Positions 26,263 through 34,142 of a stretch of DNA of 34,324 nt are shown piece after piece; within the stretch, counting starts at the first letter, position 1; each line of letters opens with the position of its first letter. A model generated the notes under the pieces. It did not search any database. It was given only the letters and a program-made list of their open reading frames with translations, and had not been told where the DNA came from. The stretch lies in IMG/VR virus record IMGVR_UViG_3300036794_000068, positions 1-34,324 of that record, one strand, 5' to 3'. Made by a program: the position numbers and the translations under genes. This stretch comes from a virus (taxonomy: Duplodnaviria > Caudoviricetes).

Positions 26263-29067
26263 ATGGCAAAACTTAATCCGGCTCAGTTTACAATTGCTGG
26301 GCTTAATGCGGCGGCTGATTTATTTGCACATCAAAAAGCAAATAAAGTGAGTCATGTCAGTATTTCAAAGACAAATTACATAGGAACAGATGTCAGCAAG
26401 CTTAATAAGCTTACAAATGAAATCCTTGTTGTCGCACCGAGTGCGATGTCACAGAGTGGAAATGTCTATACGATAACAGGTGTTTTTGATTCTTCTCGAA
26501 TTAGTACAGATAGCACCATAAATTCTATTGGTATTTACATCGTTGATAATACTAATACAGAGGTCTTATTAGCTGTTGTTACAGCCTCTCAGCCTGATTT
26601 TATTCCTGCAGGCGGGGCAGCTAATCAAGACAGTATTGTTTATAGCATTAATATTGCCGTTGCGAACTCTGGCATTACTTTTGAACTTACAATTGACGAC
26701 AATGCCATTGCTCAAATGTCAGATATCACGGATGCTAAAAACTATGCGTCATCACTCGTTTCCACATTGGATACTACGGTTGTCCATAATACAGGAAATG
26801 AACAAGTTTTAGGTGTCAAGACTTTTCTTAATACGATTATAGGCTCGATTGCAGGGACAGCGACGAAGTGGGCAACTGCTCGTAAGCTCGGTGTTAATCT
26901 TGCCAGTGCCACGCAACCAACAATTGACGGTAGCGCTGATGTAACAGGGATTGGGGTGAGTGGGGTTTTACCTGTCGCCAACGGCGGAACTGGGTCAACC
27001 ACACTCACAGGTCTTGTCAAGGGCAATGGTACAGGCGTGATGACAGCTGCAGGCGCGAGTGATGTTGTAACATTGATTGGATCAATGCCTGTTGCAGCTG
27101 CTTCAACAGCGAATAAGCTTGCGACCGCACAACAGGTTGCAGTAAATCTAGCAAGCATAACCCCACAAACTTTTGACGGTTCTGCTCCGCAAACTTCAAT
27201 TCCTGTCAATGGTACTTTGCCTTTCGGAAACGGTGGGACAGGTCGTACAGACGGTCTGGTTAGGGGTGCTATTGTAACTGCTTTGACAGCTAATACTGAT
27301 TTGAACACTCTGACCAATACTGGGGCTTTCTACCTGAGTGGGTCAACTGTTGTTAATGCTCCAAACTTAACGTATGGTCAATTATTTGTATCGAATACTG
27401 GTGGCTCAGGAAACGGGGAAGTAACCCAACTCATCGTTGGAGTAACAGGAATAATCTACACGAGAGCCTATTCTGGCAGTCCAGCTGCTTGGACGCCTTG
27501 GCGAACGTTGTTTGATAACCAACAAATCATTCCAGTAGTCAACGGCGGAACTGGTAACAATACAGGCAATGCCACAACGGCTACGAAGCTAGCCACATCT
27601 CGAATCATTGCATTAACTGGAGATGTCACCTCCTCTGCCAGCTTTGATGGTTCAGGGAACGCTACAGGAACAGCAACACTTGCAAATAGTGGTGTCACTG
27701 CTGGAACTTATCCCAAAGTGACGGTGGACGCTAAAGGACGTGTAACGACTGGGGCTGCACTCGCTGTTTCTGATGTTCCTACTCTAAATCAAGATACAAC
27801 TGGCAACGCAGGAACAGCCACGAAATGGCAAACGGCACGAACGGTGGCACTGACAGGAGATGTTACTTGGTCGGCAAGTCTTGACGGCTCGACTAATATT
27901 TCAAGTGCTGCGACGCTTGCGAGTGTCACACAAACTAATACAACGAGTACGCAGAGCACGACTTATAGTGATACGGTTACTATTGTTGATAGTGTCACTA
28001 GAGATACCAAAGGACGTGTGACTGGAATCAATCTAAACACAGTCACTATGCCAGCTGCACAAGTAAGTATCACTGGTAATGCGGGGACAGCGACGAAATT
28101 AACGACTGCCAGAAACTTAGGCGTTAATCTAGCAAGTACCACAGCACAGACCTTTGATGGTTCAGCGGCTCAAACGAATCTCCCTGTGAGTGGGGTTTTA
28201 CCTATCGCCAACGGTGGGACAGGTCGTACAGACGGTCTGGTTAGAGGCAGTTATTTAACTGCTTTGGCAGCTAATACTGATTTGAACACTCTGACCAATA
28301 CTGGGGCTTTCTACATCGGTGGGTCAGAGGTTGTTAATGCTCCAAATGCACCGTATGGTCAATTATTTGTATCAAATACTGGTGGCTCAGGAAACGGGGA
28401 AGTAACCCAACTCATCGTTGGAGTAACAGGAATAATCTACACGAGAGCCTATTCTGGCAGTCCAGCTGCTTGGACGCCTTGGCGAACGTTGTTTGATAAC
28501 CAACAAATCATTCCAGTAGTCAACGGTGGGACTGGCGTAACTACACTCACAGGTCTTGCCAAAGGCAATGGCACGGGTGCAATGACTGCGGCGGTGGCGG
28601 GTACTGACTATTTGGGACTAGATAGTAAAAGCACTACTGCTATTGTAAATCTGGTTTATCCCATCGGCTCTTACTATACTTCTAACAATCCAACTGACCC
28701 AGCAACTTTGTTTGGCGTTGGGACTTGGGTAAGAGTTAAAGGGCGTGTCCTTGTCGGTGTTGATGAAGCTGACACGGCACTTGCAAACCCAGATTTGAAT
28801 GGTGGGAGTACTAACCCATTAACAGCCCATAATCACACGTTGAGAATGATTCTGAACGGGGCATTAAATTCGACAACTGATAAACACTATGGTCTTACAT
28901 ACGGATCGCCTAACACGTGGCGAACTGGAGACTTAGCGACTATCACAGATACCCAGGAACTACCAGCTTCCGAAACAGGTGCTGTCGCAAAGACAGCTGG
29001 TGATAATACCAGCCATGCAAACTGGCAGCCATTTAGAACGGCATATATGTGGGAACGCACAGCATAA
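26263..29067 (+). CDS. Tail fibre/receptor-binding protein with two knob-like domains and a T4 gp10/gp12-like C-terminus
   Basis: Baseplate-anchor N-terminus; ATKLATAR and LPVANGGTG shaft repeats; duplicated DLNTL..TGAFY..NAP..WTPWR; VYPIGSYY..GTWVR..GRVLVGVD..HNH..YMWERTA. Confidence 0.9.
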   Translation: MAKLNPAQFTIAGLNAAADLFAHQKANKVSHVSISKTNYIGTDVSKLNKLTNEILVVAPSAMSQSGNVYTITGVFDSSRISTDSTINSIGIYIVDNTNTEVLLAVVTASQPDFIPAGGAANQDSIVYSINIAVANSGITFELTIDDNAIAQMSDITDAKNYASSLVSTLDTTVVHNTGNEQVLGVKTFLNTIIGSIAGTATKWATARKLGVNLASATQPTIDGSADVTGIGVSGVLPVANGGTGSTTLTGLVKGNGTGVMTAAGASDVVTLIGSMPVAAASTANKLATAQQVAVNLASITPQTFDGSAPQTSIPVNGTLPFGNGGTGRTDGLVRGAIVTALTANTDLNTLTNTGAFYLSGSTVVNAPNLTYGQLFVSNTGGSGNGEVTQLIVGVTGIIYTRAYSGSPAAWTPWRTLFDNQQIIPVVNGGTGNNTGNATTATKLATSRIIALTGDVTSSASFDGSGNATGTATLANSGVTAGTYPKVTVDAKGRVTTGAALAVSDVPTLNQDTTGNAGTATKWQTARTVALTGDVTWSASLDGSTNISSAATLASVTQTNTTSTQSTTYSDTVTIVDSVTRDTKGRVTGINLNTVTMPAAQVSITGNAGTATKLTTARNLGVNLASTTAQTFDGSAAQTNLPVSGVLPIANGGTGRTDGLVRGSYLTALAANTDLNTLTNTGAFYIGGSEVVNAPNAPYGQLFVSNTGGSGNGEVTQLIVGVTGIIYTRAYSGSPAAWTPWRTLFDNQQIIPVVNGGTGVTTLTGLAKGNGTGAMTAAVAGTDYLGLDSKSTTAIVNLVYPIGSYYTSNNPTDPATLFGVGTWVRVKGRVLVGVDEADTALANPDLNGGSTNPLTAHNHTLRMILNGALNSTTDKHYGLTYGSPNTWRTGDLATITDTQELPASETGAVAKTAGDNTSHANWQPFRTAYMWERTA
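27229..28526 (+). repeat. Near-identical ~317-bp direct repeat (27229-27545 and 28210-28526, offset 981)
   Basis: Read directly; differences confined to a few codon clusters. Confidence 0.92.
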
Positions 29068-29222
29068 AAGCGGTCATTTGAACACCTTTTAACCGTTCTG
29101 GAGACGTTGTGTCCGTAAGGTCAGTAGTAGATTACATTTGACTATACAAAAAAGCCACTCTACCGTACTTTTGACGGTCAATATTGGACGGAGGGCTTAT
29201 CAAAGAAAAATAAGGGGAAACG

Positions 29223-29636
29223 ATGTTAAAAAAACACTTTATTAAAAACCAGTTTTGGGTATGGACGGGGGTTGAAACAATTATGGCAGGTTTAGCTTTC
29301 TTCCTCGGTTATTTAGAACTCAACGAGCATTTGCCGATTACGGTTAGGTTGTTTGAATCAAACGGCTATTCGGTGTTTCTCATCGTCTTAGGAACTTTGC
29401 TTATTGTCAATGTGCTCTGGGATTTCTACTGGCACTATATTCGGCTGGTGCTGGTCACTTTGACAGCTGGGGTCTGGTTTACCCTTGCGCTATCTATTAG
29501 TCTATCAGACCTCACTTTTACAGCTCCTAGAGTGACGCTACTGTCAATGTTCTGCTGGGTGGTGTTTGTCAAATGCTGTATAACGTTATGGCTTGAACCC
29601 TCGTACAAGCTGAAAGGAGGGCATTCGAATGAGTAA
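29223..29636 (+). CDS. Multi-pass membrane protein in the lysis cassette
   Basis: About four hydrophobic helices; AAGGGG RBS. Confidence 0.7.
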   Translation: MLKKHFIKNQFWVWTGVETIMAGLAFFLGYLELNEHLPITVRLFESNGYSVFLIVLGTLLIVNVLWDFYWHYIRLVLVTLTAGVWFTLALSISLSDLTFTAPRVTLLSMFCWVVFVKCCITLWLEPSYKLKGGHSNE

Positions 29637-29886
29637 AGAGAATATTTCATTGCTTATCCCTTTGTTTTCAACACTAGGTGGTGCGCTTATTGCTGGTTTT
29701 TTTGCTTTTTTGAAGACAAAGAGTGATAACAATGTGACGACCACTAGTAAAGTACTAGACGCTCAAAATTTGCTCATTGCAAAGCAAACAGAGCAACTTA
29801 GCGAAATGGCAGTACAAATTGGGAGATTGACACAAAAAGTTGAGGAGCTTGAGGGCTTGCTCAGAAAAAACAACATTAAATATTAG
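29629..29886 (+). CDS. Single-TM plus coiled-coil protein (holin-associated)
   Basis: AAAGGAGG RBS; N-terminal TM then heptad pattern. Confidence 0.7.
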   Translation: MSKENISLLIPLFSTLGGALIAGFFAFLKTKSDNNVTTTSKVLDAQNLLIAKQTEQLSEMAVQIGRLTQKVEELEGLLRKNNIKY

Positions 29887-29897
29887 GAGAAATTCAA

Positions 29898-30233
29898 ATG
29901 ACACAACTTTTAAACTGGTTTCAAATTTTAGCGGCTCTAGGAATTCTCGGGGTCTTGATTCGTTTGTTGGCAAAAGTTACTGACAAACTACTTGATTTAC
30001 TGATTGCGAAAACAAAAGACCAAAATGTGAAACTCTTTCTTGAATGGGTTGACCAAGCGGTCGCTCAATCGGCAACAGTCTATAAAGACGACACTAACGA
30101 TAAGAAAAAAGCGGAGGCAATGGATTTTGTCGTTAAACGCTTGAAAGCAAATAATTTGTTTGAAAAATTTTCAAACGAACAAATCAGTGGCGCTATTGAA
30201 AAGGCGGTAATGTTGCTCAATGAAAAAGTATGA
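29898..30233 (+). CDS. Holin (LL-H family-like)
   Basis: N-terminal TM; QAV.Q....KKKAEA..FV..RL...QISGAIEKAV. Confidence 0.78.
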   Translation: MTQLLNWFQILAALGILGVLIRLLAKVTDKLLDLLIAKTKDQNVKLFLEWVDQAVAQSATVYKDDTNDKKKAEAMDFVVKRLKANNLFEKFSNEQISGAIEKAVMLLNEKV

Positions 30234-30411
30234 AGTTAACATCTTTGATGTAGACGGCAAGGAGCGTATGGCTCAGCTCAAAACTGACAAATCCAACACG
30301 CTTTATTTACACAAACATGATCGCACGCTGATTTTCATGGGTGAAACCGTAGAAAACGGTGTGATTATTGCAAATTTCAAACAGGCGGATTTATACCGCA
30401 CTAGAAAATAA
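30220..30411 (+). CDS. Hypothetical protein
   Basis: 63 aa ORF overlapping the holin end. Confidence 0.5.
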   Translation: MKKYEVNIFDVDGKERMAQLKTDKSNTLYLHKHDRTLIFMGETVENGVIIANFKQADLYRTRK

Positions 30412-30423
30412 GAGGAAATTTTA

Positions 30424-30558
30424 ATGAACTTGAACTCAACCCAAAATGAAAAAGGCGCAAATGTGCGCTCTTTTAAAATTTCACCAGATTCAGTAAAAGT
30501 TAGTAGCAATAACTTTGCGGCATACATTGGTAGTCAAACAAAAAAAGAAGGAGAGTAA
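30424..30558 (+). CDS. 44 aa hypothetical protein; not in the ORF track
   Basis: AGAGG RBS; stop abuts the lysin ATG. Confidence 0.45.
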   Translation: MNLNSTQNEKGANVRSFKISPDSVKVSSNNFAAYIGSQTKKEGE

Positions 30559-31440
30559 ATGACATTAAAATTTGTGGACGTTTCCTCCGCTCAAGGGGAT
30601 TATATCGTTGGTTCTAGCGGAGAAGATGGCGTCATTGTTAAAGCGACACAAGGGACGGGATATGTTAATCCCAATTGTGATTTTGTCGCTCAACAAGCAA
30701 TTTCTAAAGGCATGCCATGGGGAATTTACCATTATGCTGGGGGAGGAGATGCGATTGCAGAAGCGGATTACTTTATCCAATCTGTACAAGGTTACTTAAA
30801 TGGAAGCAATCCTCCTAACTTAATTCTCGACTGGGAAGAATATCAAAATTCTGCCTATCAAAACGGGGCTTGGGCTGAAACGTTCTTAAACCGTATTTAT
30901 GAAAAAACAGGTTTACAAGCTGGTGTTTATGGAAATTCAAATGATATGGCTCAAATGCCTGCGTCGGTACATTCGACAGCTTGGCTTTGGTTTGCGGGAT
31001 ATCCGACTTCACAAGATGTAGGCTGGAATCCTTGCGAATTTCCATATTCAATCGGAAACTTTTCACACATGACAGGTTGGCAATTTAGTTCCACCCCACT
31101 TGATAAATCATTATTCTATGTTACAGCAGAACAGTGGCATGTTTTAGGAACTCAAAATAATACCAACAATAACATTAATCAACCAACAAAGGAGAACTCA
31201 AAAATGATTTATATTTTCAACGTAGTAGACGCAAACGGAAAACCAACAGGAGGCTCACTCTTATTTGATGGACAAAATACGCTTGCTTTTGCAGGAAAAA
31301 ACGCAGAAGCCGCTTTTAACCATTACAAAGGGACTTACAAACAAATCACTGGTAAAGATATCCCGACACAATCCAAAACACAAGGCCAGTTTGCTTTATG
31401 GGATAAGCTATACCCAACTAAATATATTCAATTCAATTAA
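30559..31440 (+). CDS. Endolysin, GH25 muramidase plus C-terminal cell-wall-binding domain
   Basis: VDVSSAQG, VIVKATQGTGYVNP, GIYHYA, EADYF, ILDWE, LWFAGY, GWQFSS. Confidence 0.92.
   Translation: MTLKFVDVSSAQGDYIVGSSGEDGVIVKATQGTGYVNPNCDFVAQQAISKGMPWGIYHYAGGGDAIAEADYFIQSVQGYLNGSNPPNLILDWEEYQNSAYQNGAWAETFLNRIYEKTGLQAGVYGNSNDMAQMPASVHSTAWLWFAGYPTSQDVGWNPCEFPYSIGNFSHMTGWQFSSTPLDKSLFYVTAEQWHVLGTQNNTNNNINQPTKENSKMIYIFNVVDANGKPTGGSLLFDGQNTLAFAGKNAEAAFNHYKGTYKQITGKDIPTQSKTQGQFALWDKLYPTKYIQFN
31204..31440 (+). CDS. In-frame internally initiated 78 aa C-terminal endolysin subunit
   Basis: AAAGGAG at 31188-31194, 9 nt before in-frame ATG (Met216), after an Asn-rich linker. Confidence 0.75.
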   Translation: MIYIFNVVDANGKPTGGSLLFDGQNTLAFAGKNAEAAFNHYKGTYKQITGKDIPTQSKTQGQFALWDKLYPTKYIQFN

Positions 31441-31447
31441 AATTAAA

Positions 31448-31472
31448 ACCCGCTTCGTGCGGGTATTTTTTT
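31448..31472 (+). terminator. Late operon terminator
   Basis: ACCCGC-ttcgt-GCGGGT then A and a T run. Confidence 0.8.
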
Positions 31473-31571
31473 GTTGAGATAGGATAAAATAATGTTCTCA
31501 ATATAAATTGTTATTATAAAATTTGTCAAGCAGCTTATATTAAAAAAACGATAACAAAAATACAAATTACG

Positions 31572-31599
31572 TTGATATTAAAATATATTTTGCTATAAT
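31572..31599 (+). promoter_or_regulatory. Sigma-A promoter
   Basis: TTGATA-16 bp-TATAAT with TG extension. Confidence 0.75.
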
Positions 31600-31620
31600 A
31601 AACTTAAAGGAGGTACGATC

Positions 31621-32073
31621 ATGGTATATTCTATTTTTGAAATAGCTAACTGGTTTTTGGCTAAAGAATCTATGACATCTAAAAAACTCCAAAAACTAAC
31701 GTATTATGCAGAAGCATGGAGCAATGCTTTATTAAGCACCTCTATAGTAAGTGATACTGAATTTGAAGCATGGGCTCATGGTCCAGTTTCCCCAGAATTA
31801 TATGAGAAATATCGTGATTTTGGCTGGAATAATATCCCTCAGAATAGCAGCCCTGTCAATATAAGTGATGAAAAAACTTTAGATTTATTGGAATCTGTGT
31901 GGCTGACTTATGGAGAAATGTCAGCTAATGCTTTAGAAGCCCAAACACATGTAGAAGCGCCTTGGAAAAATGCGCGGTTCAGAGGGCAGGTAGACGAAGG
32001 CGATGTTTGCAAAGAAAAGATATCTAAAAAAGATATGGCAAATTTTTATAAAAGTATATATTCCGGTGACTGA
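31621..32073 (+). CDS. Panacea-domain (DUF4065/SocA-like) antitoxin
   Basis: IANWFL..MTSKKLQKLTYYA..FEAWAHGPVSPELY..LE.QTH.E.PW..A. Confidence 0.9.
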   Translation: MVYSIFEIANWFLAKESMTSKKLQKLTYYAEAWSNALLSTSIVSDTEFEAWAHGPVSPELYEKYRDFGWNNIPQNSSPVNISDEKTLDLLESVWLTYGEMSANALEAQTHVEAPWKNARFRGQVDEGDVCKEKISKKDMANFYKSIYSGD

Positions 32074-32456
32074 TGCCAGTAAGATTAACCAATAATGATA
32101 GATCTAAAAGTGTAGGAACGAAACTAGATAAAAATCAACTGAAATTTAAGATAGCCTTAACTGGAAACTTATTTAATAATTATGAATTCAAAGATTTAAA
32201 GCCTGAAGCCGTCAAAGTTTTTCACAAATTTATAGATGAGACTGTCGGAAAGGGGTTAACTATAACCAATGCAGAGAGTAAATTACTAAGAACAAAAGGT
32301 AAGCCGAGTTTTGAGGAGCTAGTAAACGGGAAAAAGCGGGATATAATTCATTTTGGACAAGGAAAAACTGCATTTAGAATATTTGGATATTATAACGATG
32401 ATGGGTACTTTGTTATTTGCCGTATCGATCCAAATCATAAGTTTCATAAATCTTGA
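32073..32456 (+). CDS. Putative toxin partnered with Panacea (RelE-like RNase fold suspected)
   Basis: TGATG coupling; basic; IIHFG..AFRIFGYY...FVICRIDPNH. Confidence 0.7.
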   Translation: MPVRLTNNDRSKSVGTKLDKNQLKFKIALTGNLFNNYEFKDLKPEAVKVFHKFIDETVGKGLTITNAESKLLRTKGKPSFEELVNGKKRDIIHFGQGKTAFRIFGYYNDDGYFVICRIDPNHKFHKS

Positions 32457-32489
32457 TAAACAATCCTCTCGGCCTCCATACATTTTTCG

Positions 32490-32518
32490 TTGACAAGGGA
32501 AGAGAGAAGGAGTATAAT
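32490..32518 (+). promoter_or_regulatory. Perfect consensus sigma-A promoter
   Basis: TTGACA-17 bp-TATAAT. Confidence 0.85.
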
Positions 32519-32524
32519 GAAATT

Positions 32525-32586
32525 ACTCCGAAAAGGAAACTTTTCATAAATACTCCTAAGCGCTTAATACTCTAGGCGCTTTTTTT
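32525..32586 (+). ncRNA. Predicted ~60-nt small RNA 1
   Basis: Consensus promoter; GAAAAG-GAAA-CTTTTC hairpin; terminator AAGCGCTTA-atactc-TAGGCGCTT plus T run; no ORF. Confidence 0.65.
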
Positions 32587-32588
32587 AC

Positions 32589-32617
32589 TTGCAATATTTG
32601 GTTCGTTAGGGTATAAT
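32589..32617 (+). promoter_or_regulatory. Sigma-A promoter
   Basis: TTGCAA-17 bp-TATAAT. Confidence 0.75.
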
Positions 32618-32623
32618 GAGAAT

Positions 32624-32674
32624 GTTTTTTCAGAAGTTTTTGCATGGCGCCCCTTTAACGAGGAGTGTTTTTTT
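32624..32674 (+). ncRNA. Predicted ~50-nt small RNA 2
   Basis: Promoter then imperfect hairpin GCGCCCCTT-taac-GAGGAGTGT and T run; no ORF. Confidence 0.5.
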
Positions 32675-32776
32675 GTTTTTGTAATAAAGATGAACAAAAG
32701 TTCCGTTTTTTTAGTACTAAAGTACATGGAAAACGTAAAAAAACACGGAAAAGGTAAATTTTTTATGTATTTATTG

Positions 32777-32804
32777 TTGAAAAAAAAGATTTTTCTGTTA
32801 TAAT
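32777..32804 (+). promoter_or_regulatory. Promoter of the GNAT pair
   Basis: TTGAAA-16 bp-TATAAT with TG extension. Confidence 0.65.
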
Positions 32805-32872
32805 AAATCTGAGAGAATACAGATAGTTTTGGTTTATTGGTTATTTTCTTTAAAAGAAAGGTGGAAAATGAT

Positions 32873-33055
32873 ATGGCAACAAGCACATTCACAAATACTA
32901 TTAAAATGAACAATGATATGGTTAAGAATTTTGATGGATTGCTGTCTAAATCAACTCCATTGAAAAATACGATGGCTAAATCAAGTGCATATAAAACTGC
33001 TAGTAAAAGTGATATTCAAAATTTGAGAAAAAAACTCACGTTAAATGAAAAATAA
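32873..33055 (+). CDS. 60 aa putative antitoxin (start reassigned to ATG 32873)
   Basis: GAAAGGTGG RBS; overlaps the GNAT gene start. Confidence 0.65.
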   Translation: MATSTFTNTIKMNNDMVKNFDGLLSKSTPLKNTMAKSSAYKTASKSDIQNLRKKLTLNEK

Positions 33056-33614
33056 TGTTTATTTACTCTCATTATCAGATTTGATAGATTTCTGGGAGCA
33101 AAACGAAATAGAAAATTTTGTGGAGCCATTCACAAATAATGGTTTAAACCATGATATAGAAGACTTTCTTAAACATAAGTCAATTTATTTCGAGAAAGCC
33201 AATATATCTAGAACAACTTTAATATTAAGAAATAACCAAATCATTGGTTATTTTTCGATTGCAAACAAGCCTCTTGTGATTGATAAAGAAGCTTGGTGCA
33301 ATCTTTCAATAAGCATGAAGAAGAAACTAATGCCAGGATTTAATGTAAAAAATATTATACCTCCGGTTTCTCCTCAAGCTATTCTAATTGGACAATTAGG
33401 GAAAAATTATAACGTTGATGCAACGCTTGATGGTAGAGAGCTTTTATCTTTAGCAGAAGCGCAGGTTTATAAAGCTCAAAGGATTTCTGGAGGAAGGTTT
33501 GCTTGGCTTGAGTGCGATAATGAAAAAAAGTTGATTGATTTTTATACTTCAAATGGATATCAAGTTCTTGGTCAAACAAACTCAACTCAGTTACTTTTTA
33601 TAAAGAAAATATAA
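33045..33614 (+). CDS. GNAT-family acetyltransferase, TA toxin-like
   Basis: NHDIEDFL, IIGYFSI, AILIGQLGKN, GRELL..A, GGRFAWLEC, KLIDFYTSNGY. Confidence 0.85.
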   Translation: MKNNVYLLSLSDLIDFWEQNEIENFVEPFTNNGLNHDIEDFLKHKSIYFEKANISRTTLILRNNQIIGYFSIANKPLVIDKEAWCNLSISMKKKLMPGFNVKNIIPPVSPQAILIGQLGKNYNVDATLDGRELLSLAEAQVYKAQRISGGRFAWLECDNEKKLIDFYTSNGYQVLGQTNSTQLLFIKKI

Positions 33615-33629
33615 AAAAATAAACATTCT

Positions 33630-33650
33630 CGCCCTCCGGGGCGTTTTTTT
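33630..33650 (+). terminator. Intrinsic terminator
   Basis: CGCCC-tccg-GGGCG then T7. Confidence 0.8.
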
Positions 33651-33740
33651 ATTTTCCGAATTAAATCCAACCCCGTCGAATTTCACGGGTTTACCTATTA
33701 TTGCTGACCTCACGAATATTTGATATTATGCGGTTTGCTC

Positions 33741-33835
33741 TTGACATCTTTGTCGGTATCAAAATATAATATAATATTGGTCAGTGAAAGTCAGAACATC
33801 TATCTTTGACAAATATGTTCAAAATGGTGTATAAT
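33741..33835 (+). promoter_or_regulatory. Tandem sigma-A promoters
   Basis: TTGACA(33741)-18 bp-TATAAT(33765) and TTGACA(33806)-18 bp-TATAAT(33830). Confidence 0.75.
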
Positions 33836-33840
33836 ATCGT

Positions 33841-34004
33841 AAGTTAAATGAATCAGGTCAAAAAATTATCTATCGCCCAACCTGTTTGTCTTGTTTAACT
33901 CTAGCTCAAAAAGAAAAGCATTAGGAATTGCAGTTCCCAATGCTCGATAAGTCTCGGAGCCTTGCCATTAGTGTCTATCGCTGTTTGCGATGGGCACTTT
34001 TTTT
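33841..34004 (+). ncRNA. Predicted antisense antitoxin RNA of a type I TA locus
   Basis: Promoters upstream; + strand terminator AGTGTCTATCGC-tgttt-GCGATGGGCACT-T6 at 33970-34004; convergent overlap with the toxin mRNA 3' end. Confidence 0.7.
33907..33944 (-). terminator. Terminator of the minus-strand toxin mRNA
   Basis: Minus strand AGCATTGGGAA-ctgcaa-TTCCTAATGCT-TTTCTTTTT. Confidence 0.75.
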
Positions 34005-34142
34005 AATACTATAAGCTTTTGCGCAATCAATTTTATACTTACCGTAAGCTTGTAACAATTTAGTTAAAGCAGCAAGTAGAATTGAGATTGCAGTAGCAAT
34101 CGCAATAAAAATAACAAAGTCCTTCTTTTTAGATGTAACCAT
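33975..34142 (-). CDS. 55 aa hydrophobic peptide, type I toxin-like (start reassigned to ATG 34142)
   Basis: GGAGGT RBS; single TM FVIFIAIATAISILLAAL; Lys/Arg-rich tail; extended -10 TGaTACAAT at 34253-34261 on the minus strand. Confidence 0.75.
   Translation of the reverse strand: MVTSKKKDFVIFIAIATAISILLAALTKLLQAYGKYKIDCAKAYSIKKSAHRKQR

Noticed and set aside
27229-28526. Fibre duplication as a diversity-generating retroelement TR/VR pair
   Set aside because: Differences are not restricted to adenines, both copies are in the coding frame, and no reverse transcriptase is present
15699-29067. Stand-alone tailocin/contractile injection system
   Set aside because: Terminase, portal, capsid and replication genes are present, so this is a phage
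32413-32547. 44 aa minus-strand ORF with AGGAG RBS
   Set aside because: Runs through a perfect + strand promoter and into the toxin 3' end, with no clear promoter of its own; better explained as the complement of the sRNA, though not fully excluded
32572-32913. 113 aa minus-strand hydrophobic ORF
   Set aside because: Low-complexity AT-rich translation crossing + strand promoters, terminators and the antitoxin start
33669-33692. Imperfect palindrome AACCCCGTCGAATTTCACGGGTTT as att site or terminator
   Set aside because: No second copy in the window and no convincing U tract; function cannot be supported
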